A stretch of 64,000 nucleotides of DNA from Deltaproteobacteria bacterium (lineage in GTDB: Bacteria > Myxococcota_A > Polyangia > Fen-1088): contig JANRKS010000007.1 of NCBI GenBank assembly GCA_033763315.1, positions 32,001 through 96,000 of the forward strand, read 5' to 3'. Positions within the stretch are counted from its first letter, which is position 1, and every line of letters begins with the position of its first letter. Positions 1 through 8,757 of the stretch are shown one piece after another. The notes beneath the pieces were generated by a model that was not told the DNA's origin, ran no database searches, and saw nothing but the letters and a program-made list of their open reading frames with translations. Both the position numbers and the translations under genes were made by a program.

Positions 1-549
1 TTTGTAGGTGCCTGGTTGATGCGTCACCTGCACGCCCGGCTCCAGCACGGTGGCCCAAAGCCGCATGTCCTGCGCCACCTTCAGTGATCCCGCATCGCCA
101 CCGCGAGACGCCACCAAACACAGCTGGTTCTTGCGCGCGTCGCCGAAAGCTTTCTGGTCGTAATTGGGAGGCAAATTCTTGGCCTCTGGGACGATCCAAA
201 TTTGCAAGAAGCGCGCGCCCTCGGTTTTCGAGTTATTGAACTCACTGTGGGTCACGCCCGTGCCCGCGCTCATCTTCTGCACGTCGCCCGGCCGGATCAC
301 CGATCCCGTGCCCATGCTGTCTCGGTGGGCCAACGCCCCCTCCAACACGTAGGAAATGATCTCCATATCCCGGTGACCGTGGGTGGGAAACCCTGCAGCT
401 GGGGTGATGCGATCTTCATTGATCACTCGTAACGCGCGAAACCCCATGTGTTCCGGATCGTAGTAATCCGAAAACGAAAACGTGTGTTTCGTGTCGAGCC
501 ACCCGTGGTTGCCGCCGCCCCGCTCTTCTGCTTTGCGAATCTTTAACAT
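1..549 (-). CDS. Pirin family protein (YhhW-like), 3' end runs off the window
   Basis: Manual translation from ATG at 549: MLKIRKAEERGGGNHGWLDTKHTFSFSDYYDPEHMGFRALRVINEDRITPAAGFPTHGHRDMEIISYV, the pirin cupin N-terminus with HxHRDMEI. Absent from the ORF track because it is truncated. Confidence 0.92.
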   Translation of the reverse strand, partial: MLKIRKAEERGGGNHGWLDTKHTFSFSDYYDPEHMGFRALRVINEDRITPAAGFPTHGHRDMEIISYVLEGALAHRDSMGTGSVIRPGDVQKMSAGTGVTHSEFNNSKTEGARFLQIWIVPEAKNLPPNYDQKAFGDARKNQLCLVASRGGDAGSLKVAQDMRLWATVLEPGVQVTHQPGTYK

Positions 550-580
550 GATGACAACAGTTTGAATCCCGGATGTGAAA

Positions 581-627
581 GAAACAATAGTTTCAATTGG
601 CGACTGACTGTTTCTATAATGGAAACA
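581..627. promoter_or_regulatory. Putative LysR-type operator and divergent promoter
   Basis: Inverted repeats GAAAC-aata-GTTTC (581-594) and TGTTTC-tataatg-GAAACA (609-627, containing T-N11-A and a TATAAT) between divergent pirin and LysR genes. Confidence 0.6.
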
Positions 628-630
628 ATT

Positions 631-1575
631 ATGCCTCGCGCTTCGCGTCCCCGCCTGCCCCTGCCCGCTTTGCACGCTTTCGTCACGTTGGCCGACCTTA
701 TTGCGGGCGGCGGCGGTGGCTTCTCTGCCACCGCAAACCAGTTGGGGCTGACAAAGGCCACCATCAGCAAACGCATTGCGGAGCTTGAGGCCACCTTGGG
801 GGCGCGGTTGCTTCATCGCACCACGCGCTCGGTCCGCTTGTCGGAGGCGGGCGAAGCGTTTTACCAGCGTTGCGCCAAAATCCTCGAAGCCGTGGAGGAG
901 GCTCAGGCAGAAGTGGGTGCCTTGTCGGGCCAGGTGATCGGCCGGCTGCGCTTTTCCACGCCGGTATCGCTTGGGCAGGCGTATTTGCTGGCGCCTGTCA
1001 CTGCTTTTGCGGCGGCAAACCCCAAGCTAGAGCTCGATTGGGATCTCGACGATCGGATGGTGGACGTGGTGACGGATGGTTATGACGTGGCCATCCGGGT
1101 GGGCCAACTCCCGGATTCGAGTTTGGTGGCCCGCAAGCTGTTCGACAGCCGGTTTGTTGTGGTGGCGTCACCCGCCTATCTCAAAGCCCACGGCACGCCA
1201 CGCGTGCCAGCTGACCTTGAACGCCACGAATGCCTTCGCTATCGCTACCAACAGGCGCCAGACGTTTGGGCCTTTTCAGGTCCAAAACCCGTTTCTGTGC
1301 GCGTGAAAGGCCGTTTCCGCGCGAATCACGGCGATGTTCTCAAGGAAGCGGCCGTTGCTGGACTGGGCATTGCGATGCTGCCCGACTTTGTGGTGTTCAC
1401 AGCCGTAAAAGCTGGCCTCCTGCAGGTGGTGCTGGATCGAAACTGCCGCAGCACCATTCCCGTTTCGGCTGTTTTCCCTTCAAGTGGTGCGCGCGCGGCG
1501 AAGGTGGACACCTTTGTTCACATGTTGGCCAAGGACTGCAAGCCTGTTTCCCTTCCGATCGCAAGATTGAGGTAA
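631..1575 (+). CDS. LysR family transcriptional regulator (CrgA/DmlR-like)
   Basis: HTH FSATANQLGLTKATISKRIAELEATLGARLLHRTTRSV plus substrate domain (DVVTDGYDVAIRVG). Start taken at ATG 631. Confidence 0.93.
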   Translation: MPRASRPRLPLPALHAFVTLADLIAGGGGGFSATANQLGLTKATISKRIAELEATLGARLLHRTTRSVRLSEAGEAFYQRCAKILEAVEEAQAEVGALSGQVIGRLRFSTPVSLGQAYLLAPVTAFAAANPKLELDWDLDDRMVDVVTDGYDVAIRVGQLPDSSLVARKLFDSRFVVVASPAYLKAHGTPRVPADLERHECLRYRYQQAPDVWAFSGPKPVSVRVKGRFRANHGDVLKEAAVAGLGIAMLPDFVVFTAVKAGLLQVVLDRNCRSTIPVSAVFPSSGARAAKVDTFVHMLAKDCKPVSLPIARLR

Positions 1576-1584
1576 AATGTTTGA

Positions 1585-2952
1585 ATGACTTATTCTCGCT
1601 TTGGCTTAATCGCCTTCATCGTTGCGGCGTTGGCGGCCCAAGCTCCGACCGCGTTTGCGATCGACGAAACGATCACTGACATCAAGATTCGCGAAAACAA
1701 CCGCACAAGCGAAGACACCATTCGCGCCATGGCGGGCGCCGACATTGGCGACGACCTAGAGAGCGACACGCTCGAGTCGATACGCGAGCGGCTTAACAAC
1801 AGCGGCATGTTCGCCGACGTTGACGTGTTCTGGGAGCCCTACAAGGGCGGCGCGCGCGTGGTGATCACGGTGCGCGAGAAGTTCCCCTGGGCGCCGGTGC
1901 CCACGTTCTCGCTTTCGCCAGGCAACATTTCATTTGGTGCCGTCCTCGTTCACGGCAACCTGTGGGGCCGCGGCAAACAAGGTGTTATCGGTGGCCGCAT
2001 CTCGAACGTCAACTCGGGTGCGGTGCTGGGCTACCGCGATCCGGCGTTGCTTGGGACGTGGATGTACTGGGAGTTTCAAGGCGTCTTCAAGGACCAAACG
2101 ATTCCGGAATTCGCAACGGGTGGCATCTACTCGAATTACGCTCTTCGTGAAAACGACCTGCGCTCGTTCGGTGTCGTCACACGGTTCGGTGTGTTTTGGT
2201 GGCGTCGCGTCCGCACCGAAGTGGGTTGGGATTTCACGGATTGGAAGTACCGTGACCACCGCTACTATGACGGCGATACGAAAGCAGGCGCGCCCCCTGC
2301 CCTGGGCGTGGATCCAGGTCCAGGGGCCGAAAGCGCGACGGTGGGCGAAGGTGTGGCCGCCCTGCGCTTCGATTACCGTGCGCGTGAGCACGCCATCGTG
2401 ACCGGCAACTCCTTCGGCGTGGGTTTACGTTTGGGCTCGCCCCAGTGGGGCTCCGACAAAAAGATCGATTACTGGAAGCTGGGCGGTGAATACATGCACG
2501 GCTTGCGAATTCTGCGGCGAATCAACTGGATCAACACCGCCGGGTTCAACGTGGGCGAACGGTTGCCGCTGTGGTCCGAAAACTGGGCGGGCGGAGCCAA
2601 CCTGCGCGGTTACCAATACATGCGGTTCCGTGGCGACACCCACGCCTACTTCGAGAGTGAGTTTCACTTCCCCCTGTTCTCGATCTCGCAACTGGACGTT
2701 CGGGCGCTGGGATTTTACGACCTGCATTCAGTGTGGTGGCGCAACCAAGACTCGCTGCGAACCGATGGCCGCCGCTTCCTGGGCGAGGTCTACCAACCCA
2801 CGGGGTTCAAGCTGACACGCGACATTCACCACGGCGTGGGGGGCGGTTTGCGGTTTTACCTTCGCACGGTGGCGGTTCCTCTTGTGGGCGTCGATTATGG
2901 GTACGGTATTGAAGATGGGGTGTGGCGCTTGGTGCTGGTGGTGGGCGCGTAG
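1585..2952 (+). CDS. Omp85/BamA-TamA family outer membrane protein with a single POTRA domain
   Basis: Signal peptide; POTRA (ITDIKIRENNRTSEDTIR...RLNNSGMFADV...VITVREK); barrel with NLRGY loop motif and GVGGGLRF...VGVDYGYG. Confidence 0.85.
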   Translation: MTYSRFGLIAFIVAALAAQAPTAFAIDETITDIKIRENNRTSEDTIRAMAGADIGDDLESDTLESIRERLNNSGMFADVDVFWEPYKGGARVVITVREKFPWAPVPTFSLSPGNISFGAVLVHGNLWGRGKQGVIGGRISNVNSGAVLGYRDPALLGTWMYWEFQGVFKDQTIPEFATGGIYSNYALRENDLRSFGVVTRFGVFWWRRVRTEVGWDFTDWKYRDHRYYDGDTKAGAPPALGVDPGPGAESATVGEGVAALRFDYRAREHAIVTGNSFGVGLRLGSPQWGSDKKIDYWKLGGEYMHGLRILRRINWINTAGFNVGERLPLWSENWAGGANLRGYQYMRFRGDTHAYFESEFHFPLFSISQLDVRALGFYDLHSVWWRNQDSLRTDGRRFLGEVYQPTGFKLTRDIHHGVGGGLRFYLRTVAVPLVGVDYGYGIEDGVWRLVLVVGA

Positions 2953-2957
2953 GCCGG

Positions 2958-3833
2958 ATGCGCAAGTATGTGCGGTGGTTGCCGCTCGCCTTTCTTGCCT
3001 TCGCCCTTGCGAAGCTCAAACCCTGGAAAACTGAGTTTGCGAATGTGAACGCCTGGCCGCTGCTGCTGGGCTTGCTCATAAACTTCTGTGTGTACTTGCC
3101 ACTGCGGACGCTGCGGTGGCGCACAACCTTGTCGTCTCCCCCGCGATTTATGCGGCTTTACTGGGCGCAGATCGAGGGCATCGCCGTGGGCGGAGCCGTG
3201 GGTTTTGGCGCGCAAGACGTGGTGCGGGCCGCGCGCGTGCGCAACGACATGAGCCGCTTCTCAGACGACTTCGGCGCCACGCTGGCCGAACGCTTGGCAG
3301 AGACGCAGGCGCTGGCGTTGATGTTGGCGGGCGCCACAGCTTTGAAGCTTGTGCCCTCGTGGGGTTGGCTGCCCTCGCTGGGTGCGGGCCTGGGATTGGT
3401 CGCCATTGCAAAGCTGGGCCCGCGGCTATCACTTGTGTTTGCGCGTTGGCCAAAGATTGCCCGTGCTTTGATTGCGGTGTCGGGCGCACTAACGGTGGCC
3501 AAGGTGGCAAAGGTGGTGGCTTTTTCGTTGCTGGGATGGGCCACCGAGGTGGTGATTCTTGTGCTGAACTTCTTGGCATTTTCGTTGCCGGCGTTGTTCA
3601 GCAACGCAGTGTTGGTGGTGATCGGCATCAACGTGGCGATCACTTTCCCTGGCCCGCCCGCCAGCGTGGGCACCTTCGAGGCTGGTGTGGCCGGGACGTT
3701 GGCTTGGCGGGGCATAGCGGCAGATAAGGCGCTAGCATTTGCCCTCGCTTATCACGTGATCATGGCTTTGCCGGTCTATGCTGTGGGAGCGGGCATCGTT
3801 GTGGCGCGCGCCTACCGGCGCAAGCCTGCGTGA
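2958..3833 (+). CDS. Lysylphosphatidylglycerol synthase TM / flippase-like (UPF0104) membrane protein
   Basis: Multi-TM protein with LRTLRW, QDVVRA, LAERL and PGPPASVGTFEAG motifs typical of the family. Confidence 0.8.
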   Translation: MRKYVRWLPLAFLAFALAKLKPWKTEFANVNAWPLLLGLLINFCVYLPLRTLRWRTTLSSPPRFMRLYWAQIEGIAVGGAVGFGAQDVVRAARVRNDMSRFSDDFGATLAERLAETQALALMLAGATALKLVPSWGWLPSLGAGLGLVAIAKLGPRLSLVFARWPKIARALIAVSGALTVAKVAKVVAFSLLGWATEVVILVLNFLAFSLPALFSNAVLVVIGINVAITFPGPPASVGTFEAGVAGTLAWRGIAADKALAFALAYHVIMALPVYAVGAGIVVARAYRRKPA

Positions 3834-5002
3834 GTTTCACACGTCTTGGGAAAGTTCACAGCCAAAGCTGTTGAGGGCCAACCGAGCACGCGTTCATAAA
3901 CGCCCAAAACCTTCCCGCACACCGCGGACCAATCGAAGGCCTGCACGATTTCTCTTCCCTGACGCACGCGTTCACTCGCGCCGTCTCGCTTGGCCTCAGC
4001 AATGGCGGGCACCAACGCACGCACAAGTGATTCCGTGGAGATGTCATCCGAAAGCGTCACCGTGGCCCAGTGCTTGTCTTTGCGGCACGCCTGCACGAAC
4101 GGGGTCGCCACCACAGGCTTGCCGGCGGCGAGCGCCTCAAGCAAGATGATCGAGAAGGTCCCAGCGCGGGCGGGCAAAACGCAAAGGTCGGCGGTGGCAT
4201 ACACGTCGGGGCGCTCCTCAAAAACCGAACCCAAGAACACGACGTTGTCGCGCGCCGCCTGCGGCACCATGGCTTTATGTCGTTCTGTGCCTGAAGGCTT
4301 CTCTTCGCCGGCAACCAACAGGCGCACATCGGGATGCACTTTGAGGATCTCGGGCAGCGCATTGAACATGAGATCAGGTCCATTGCGCGGCTCTAAGCGG
4401 CCCAACATGAGAATGTTGAACTTGCCATCGCGGTAGCGTTGCATCGGCTTGCCCGAGGACATGGCGCGCACGTCAACGCCGTTGGGTATCACCTCGCTAT
4501 CGAAGGTGACGAGCTTTCCCATCGCCAACCGCGCCGCTTCTGAAACGGCGATCACAGCTTGATGCCGTGCCATCGACCAACGATAAAAACCACGAAACAG
4601 GCGGCGGACGCGCGCCATGTCGTTCATCGGCGAGTGAAGGGTCGCAATGGTGGGCAAGTTCGACAGAAGATAAAGCAGCACAGGCAAGCCCACGTCGCTT
4701 GGGCCGTGCACGTGAACGAGATCAAACCGTTCACGTGCCAAGGTCTTGTGCAAATTCCAGGCGACTCGCGGCCCAAATGTACTGGCGCTGGCGGTTCCCA
4801 GAGCGCCATAGCGGGTTCCACTGCCAACGCGCAACACCCAATCCTCATCACGCGGACCGCGCCACTGCTTAACGCGAGGCAAGCCTGTAATGACCTTTGC
4901 ATCCACGCCCACGCGACGCAACCCTTGCGCCAAGTGATACACGTGCTCTTGGATCCCACCCAGGGTTGGGTAGTAGTTCTCACACAACAGCGCGACCTTC
5001 AT
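3812..5002 (-). CDS. GT4 glycosyltransferase, PimA-like
   Basis: MKVALLCENYYPTLGGIQEHV, DLVHVH, IPNGVD, GRLEPRNG, FSIILLEALAAGKPVV. Start taken at ATG 5002. Confidence 0.88.
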   Translation of the reverse strand: MKVALLCENYYPTLGGIQEHVYHLAQGLRRVGVDAKVITGLPRVKQWRGPRDEDWVLRVGSGTRYGALGTASASTFGPRVAWNLHKTLARERFDLVHVHGPSDVGLPVLLYLLSNLPTIATLHSPMNDMARVRRLFRGFYRWSMARHQAVIAVSEAARLAMGKLVTFDSEVIPNGVDVRAMSSGKPMQRYRDGKFNILMLGRLEPRNGPDLMFNALPEILKVHPDVRLLVAGEEKPSGTERHKAMVPQAARDNVVFLGSVFEERPDVYATADLCVLPARAGTFSIILLEALAAGKPVVATPFVQACRKDKHWATVTLSDDISTESLVRALVPAIAEAKRDGASERVRQGREIVQAFDWSAVCGKVLGVYERVLGWPSTALAVNFPKTCETHAGLRR

Positions 5003-5136
5003 GGGAAACTGCCCGCCTCGTTTATCGTAGAATGCAGCGAAGAACAATGCCCCTGAAGGGCGAAGCGGTTGGTCCGCCCCGGGTGCGTAGAAAATGACCC
5101 GCTCGTCCATCCGACGTGGGCGCCCTTAATGCAAAA

Positions 5137-7041
5137 ATGCAGCGCGCCCAGTACTCTCCCGGCGTGTTGCGTGCGCCTGCAGCGAAAACCTGGCTGATTC
5201 TACCCGCGATCTTTTTGATCGCGCGGTGCCTTTCCACCGTGGCGCTCTATGCCTTCGTGACGCCCAACGGCGGGCACGTGACTGAAATCCCCTGGCGCTT
5301 TGGCCATGTGGCGTGGCTGTCTGAAACGGGCACCTTCTTGGTCCTGGCCGCCCTCGTGGGATATGCCACGCAGCGCGCAGGCAGCCGAACAAAGCACGCG
5401 CGTTGGTACCTTTGCTTTGCCTTGCTGTTCGGCTACGCGGTGGTCGCCGAAATCGACGTGCATCTGCGGCGCTGGTTGGGATTGCGGCTGAACCTGGTGT
5501 TTTTGCGCCACTTGCTTCATTCCGCGAGCCAAGGCGGCTTCTGGGAGACGCTGTCGCACTTCCTGGCGCAGGATTGGCAAGCCATCGCGCTGTCGGTGGT
5601 GCTTTTGGCGGCGCCGGCTTTTGCGGTGTGGCGCGTGGGCGCGAAAACCGCTGACCCACAATCACGCTGGACCTACCCTGCGATGGTTGTCGTGGGTGGC
5701 GTGGCCTTGGCGGCCAGCGCTCAACTGGGGATCGCGGTGCGCAAATGGCGCATGATTAGCCCTTGGCCTTACGGCATGAGCATGGACTTGGCGCGTGCCT
5801 TCGCCGAAGGGGACAAGCCGCCCACGTCGCAGCAGATCGCTCAACTTCAATCCTTGGTCGGTGACCCGCGGGCGCGAAACCCTGCATACCCCCTGTGGCA
5901 CTCTGGCGCGTCCAAGGCCGACGCACACAAAAACTTCGATGTCTTTCTTATCGCCGTGGAATCGATGCGCGGTTGGGCAAGTGACTTGCGCGCAGCGGAC
6001 GCGCGCCGCCGCCTGCCGAACCTGCACCGCTTGTTTGCCGAGGAGGGTGTGTTCTTCCCGCACGCTCACAGCAACGGCTATCCCTCAGGCGAGGGCAACG
6101 TGCACCTTCACCTCGGCGTGTGGAGCCATCCCGCGCGTGCCCTTGCGGCCGAACACGTTGGCATCGCTTCCCGCTCACTGCCCGAAATCTTGCGCGACAA
6201 AGGCTACGTCACACGCTGGTTTGCCGGCAACGATCCCAGCTTCGACAACCTGCAGCACTTCATGGGCCGCTGGTTTCACAAATGGGAAGTGATTGAAGGC
6301 GGCGATGTGGCGCTGGCCCAGCACGCCGTGAAGGTGTACGACGAACTTGGCGACAAGCAGCCACGCTTCATCTCCGTCTACACGGCGTCAACCCACCCTT
6401 TTTACGAGTTGCCCGCAAGCGAAGGCCCCAAGCCGCCCGATCCTGAACAGGCCTATTTAAAAGCATTAACGTTCGCCGATCGTTCGTTAGGGGTGATCTT
6501 CGATCATGTGCGTGCCCGAGGGCGTTTGGACAAGACGCTGTTTGTGATCACTGGTGACCACGCGCAACCAAATCATTGGCAGCTTGAACATGATGCCGAG
6601 GTGGGCCTGCCCAACGCCGGTCGCACCTGGACCAGCCTTGTGATTGCCGGCCCCGGCATTGCCGCCGGCCAGGTGCGCGAAGACGCTTCGTCACACGTTG
6701 ACGTGCCGCCAACGGTGCTGGGATACCTGGGCATCGGCGCCGACAACCATTTCTTCGGCCGCGACTTGCTGGCCGACACAAAGCCCCGCCCGATCGTTGC
6801 CACCTTTGGTGGAGGCGCCTCAGTCATTCTGGGTGACACAATGCTGATCGGCGATCTCTCGGGGCCCGAGCGCTCGAAATACCGTTACGACCAACAAAAC
6901 AACGAAAACCCAGCCGCGTACCAACACGGTGAAAAGATCCCATTGGCCCCCGGTGATGCGCAGCGATTCGAAAGCGTGGTTGGCGCGTTAAAGGCGTTTG
7001 CATGGCTGGCGGATCACGATCGGTTGCGGCCAGCGGAGTAG
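5137..7041 (+). CDS. LTA synthase (LtaS/MdoB) family membrane sulfatase-like protein
   Basis: About five N-terminal TM segments, then VFLIAVES, YTASTHPFY, ADRSLG, TLFVITGDH, SHVDVPPTVL, FFGRDLL. Start uncertain (5116 or 5137). Confidence 0.82.
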   Translation: MQRAQYSPGVLRAPAAKTWLILPAIFLIARCLSTVALYAFVTPNGGHVTEIPWRFGHVAWLSETGTFLVLAALVGYATQRAGSRTKHARWYLCFALLFGYAVVAEIDVHLRRWLGLRLNLVFLRHLLHSASQGGFWETLSHFLAQDWQAIALSVVLLAAPAFAVWRVGAKTADPQSRWTYPAMVVVGGVALAASAQLGIAVRKWRMISPWPYGMSMDLARAFAEGDKPPTSQQIAQLQSLVGDPRARNPAYPLWHSGASKADAHKNFDVFLIAVESMRGWASDLRAADARRRLPNLHRLFAEEGVFFPHAHSNGYPSGEGNVHLHLGVWSHPARALAAEHVGIASRSLPEILRDKGYVTRWFAGNDPSFDNLQHFMGRWFHKWEVIEGGDVALAQHAVKVYDELGDKQPRFISVYTASTHPFYELPASEGPKPPDPEQAYLKALTFADRSLGVIFDHVRARGRLDKTLFVITGDHAQPNHWQLEHDAEVGLPNAGRTWTSLVIAGPGIAAGQVREDASSHVDVPPTVLGYLGIGADNHFFGRDLLADTKPRPIVATFGGGASVILGDTMLIGDLSGPERSKYRYDQQNNENPAAYQHGEKIPLAPGDAQRFESVVGALKAFAWLADHDRLRPAE

Positions 7042-7057
7042 AGGGTGGGCTCCTCCG

Positions 7058-8749
7058 CTATTGCAAGTCTTTCACGAAAATGGCGTTGCCGCTCACGATG
7101 GCGATGCGCTTGCCATCGGGACTTGGCGCCACCTCACCAGGAACACGGGCGCTCGCGACAACGCGACGTTCACCTGTGAGCGGTGACACCATAAGAAGTT
7201 CGCTGTGGCAATAGGTCTCGAAAAGGCCTTTGCACTTGCTGACCCACACAAAGGCTCTGGGGTTTACAGGATCGTCTACGGTGCGAATGAATTGAGGGAG
7301 CAGGCGGCCTTCGTTGGTGGCAATCACGTTACCGACGAGAGGTTGATCCTCGGGCGAAATCAACGAAAGGCCCAAGTCGATGTTTGACATGAAGATCTTG
7401 AGGCCCGCAGCCGTGATGACCGGAAAGGCGGGAAACTGAACATGGGTAGGAAAGGCTCCCAGAACTTCTTCAGTTCCTCTACTTGTAAGTTTTCTAAACT
7501 CCCAGTTCGTTCTGCCATTGATGGTGCCGTTGCCCTCTAGGCCGCTGAACTGCACTTTGGTTAATACGCCGGTGTTATCGCTCGTCCATCGCAACAAACC
7601 TGGCTGCCCTTGCGCCAGCTTCTGGCCTGTTTCTAAGGAAAAGATCTGCGTGCCCTTGCCCCCGAAAACCTCGCGCGCAACCATCGAGCCATCAGGGGAT
7701 ACAAGCCCGCCGGGTGCAGGCAAGGAACGCAAGACGGGGCCGTGATCGGAAGTGAACAAGACTTCGGCCAGAACATCATCGGCAGCCAGGTCGTGTGCAG
7801 TCACTGCCGCTGTCACAAAAACCTTTTGACCTGAAGGATCCCAGCTCAGCGGTGGCTTGAAGGAGCCGGAGGACAACGTCAGAGGCGCTGATCCATCCGT
7901 GGCCACACGTCGGATTGAAGAGGGAAGCGCGGGCGTTGGCCGAAGCGTGAGCGACCAAATCTTGGGTTGAGAATCTGGAAAGTAGACCAACGCCGAGCTA
8001 TCAGGATTCCAGGCGAGGTTCAATCCGCCTTCATCGGCAATCTTCATGCCCAAATCATCGGGCTGCTGCGGGTATTGGCAGCCGCGAAGAAACTCAAGCT
8101 CCGTTCCGGAAGGGTCGAGCGGATCTCGCTCGGCGACGTCGTTGTTGATTTTAAAGAGTTCAATCACTGTCTCGTTGGGAACAGGAACGAGCTTGATCGC
8201 TCTTTCACCGCATGTCCTCTGCCATAAGCTGAGACCGCTAGGAACCAACACGTCCTCCCCGTCGACCCCAAATGGTTTCTGCAACGTTGAAGACTGCGCG
8301 GCGCCAACTAGGAAGGGGCTCCCAAATGAAGTGACGCGTCCATTCTCCTGTGGAGGACCGTCGAAGCTTGGCCGCAAGAACCCGTAGACATCGATGCGTT
8401 GGAAGACGGACCCTTCGATGATTTGAAACGGCGGATTCTCAACGCTTGCCCGCGCAACCTGGATCACGGGCAGGTCGCAAACTTGGTTCGCGCAAGGAGA
8501 ATAGAATGACCTCAGACCGCCATAATCCGCGGATGTCTTATCGTAGCCAGGAAAGCCTGGGCGCCCCCTGGTTGTAGCCGCTACGACACTACCGCTGAAG
8601 TCCATCGGCCCTTGTTCCGACGCTTCAGAAGGAATCCGTAAAGCGAATGTGCCCACGACCTCGCTGCCGAGGTGAAGCCCAAGCGCCCCGTCTCCACACG
8701 ACGACATTAGAACGTTGAGAAGACAGACGCAGACGTGTCTCTTTGTCAT
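7058..8749 (-). CDS. Putative lipoprotein with TolB/PD40-like beta-propeller
   Basis: Lipobox-like LMSS-C; repeats LAWNPDSSAL, LSWDPSGQKV, VSPDGSMV, LRWTSDNTGV, PSPDGKRIA. Starts 8 nt after the caspase stop. Confidence 0.65.
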   Translation of the reverse strand: MTKRHVCVCLLNVLMSSCGDGALGLHLGSEVVGTFALRIPSEASEQGPMDFSGSVVAATTRGRPGFPGYDKTSADYGGLRSFYSPCANQVCDLPVIQVARASVENPPFQIIEGSVFQRIDVYGFLRPSFDGPPQENGRVTSFGSPFLVGAAQSSTLQKPFGVDGEDVLVPSGLSLWQRTCGERAIKLVPVPNETVIELFKINNDVAERDPLDPSGTELEFLRGCQYPQQPDDLGMKIADEGGLNLAWNPDSSALVYFPDSQPKIWSLTLRPTPALPSSIRRVATDGSAPLTLSSGSFKPPLSWDPSGQKVFVTAAVTAHDLAADDVLAEVLFTSDHGPVLRSLPAPGGLVSPDGSMVAREVFGGKGTQIFSLETGQKLAQGQPGLLRWTSDNTGVLTKVQFSGLEGNGTINGRTNWEFRKLTSRGTEEVLGAFPTHVQFPAFPVITAAGLKIFMSNIDLGLSLISPEDQPLVGNVIATNEGRLLPQFIRTVDDPVNPRAFVWVSKCKGLFETYCHSELLMVSPLTGERRVVASARVPGEVAPSPDGKRIAIVSGNAIFVKDLQ

Positions 8750-8757
8750 ACAGGCCC

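Noticed and set aside
703-720. GGC run giving five Gly in the LysR HTH region
   Set aside because: Short, imperfect, in-frame triplet run; no sign of phase variation.
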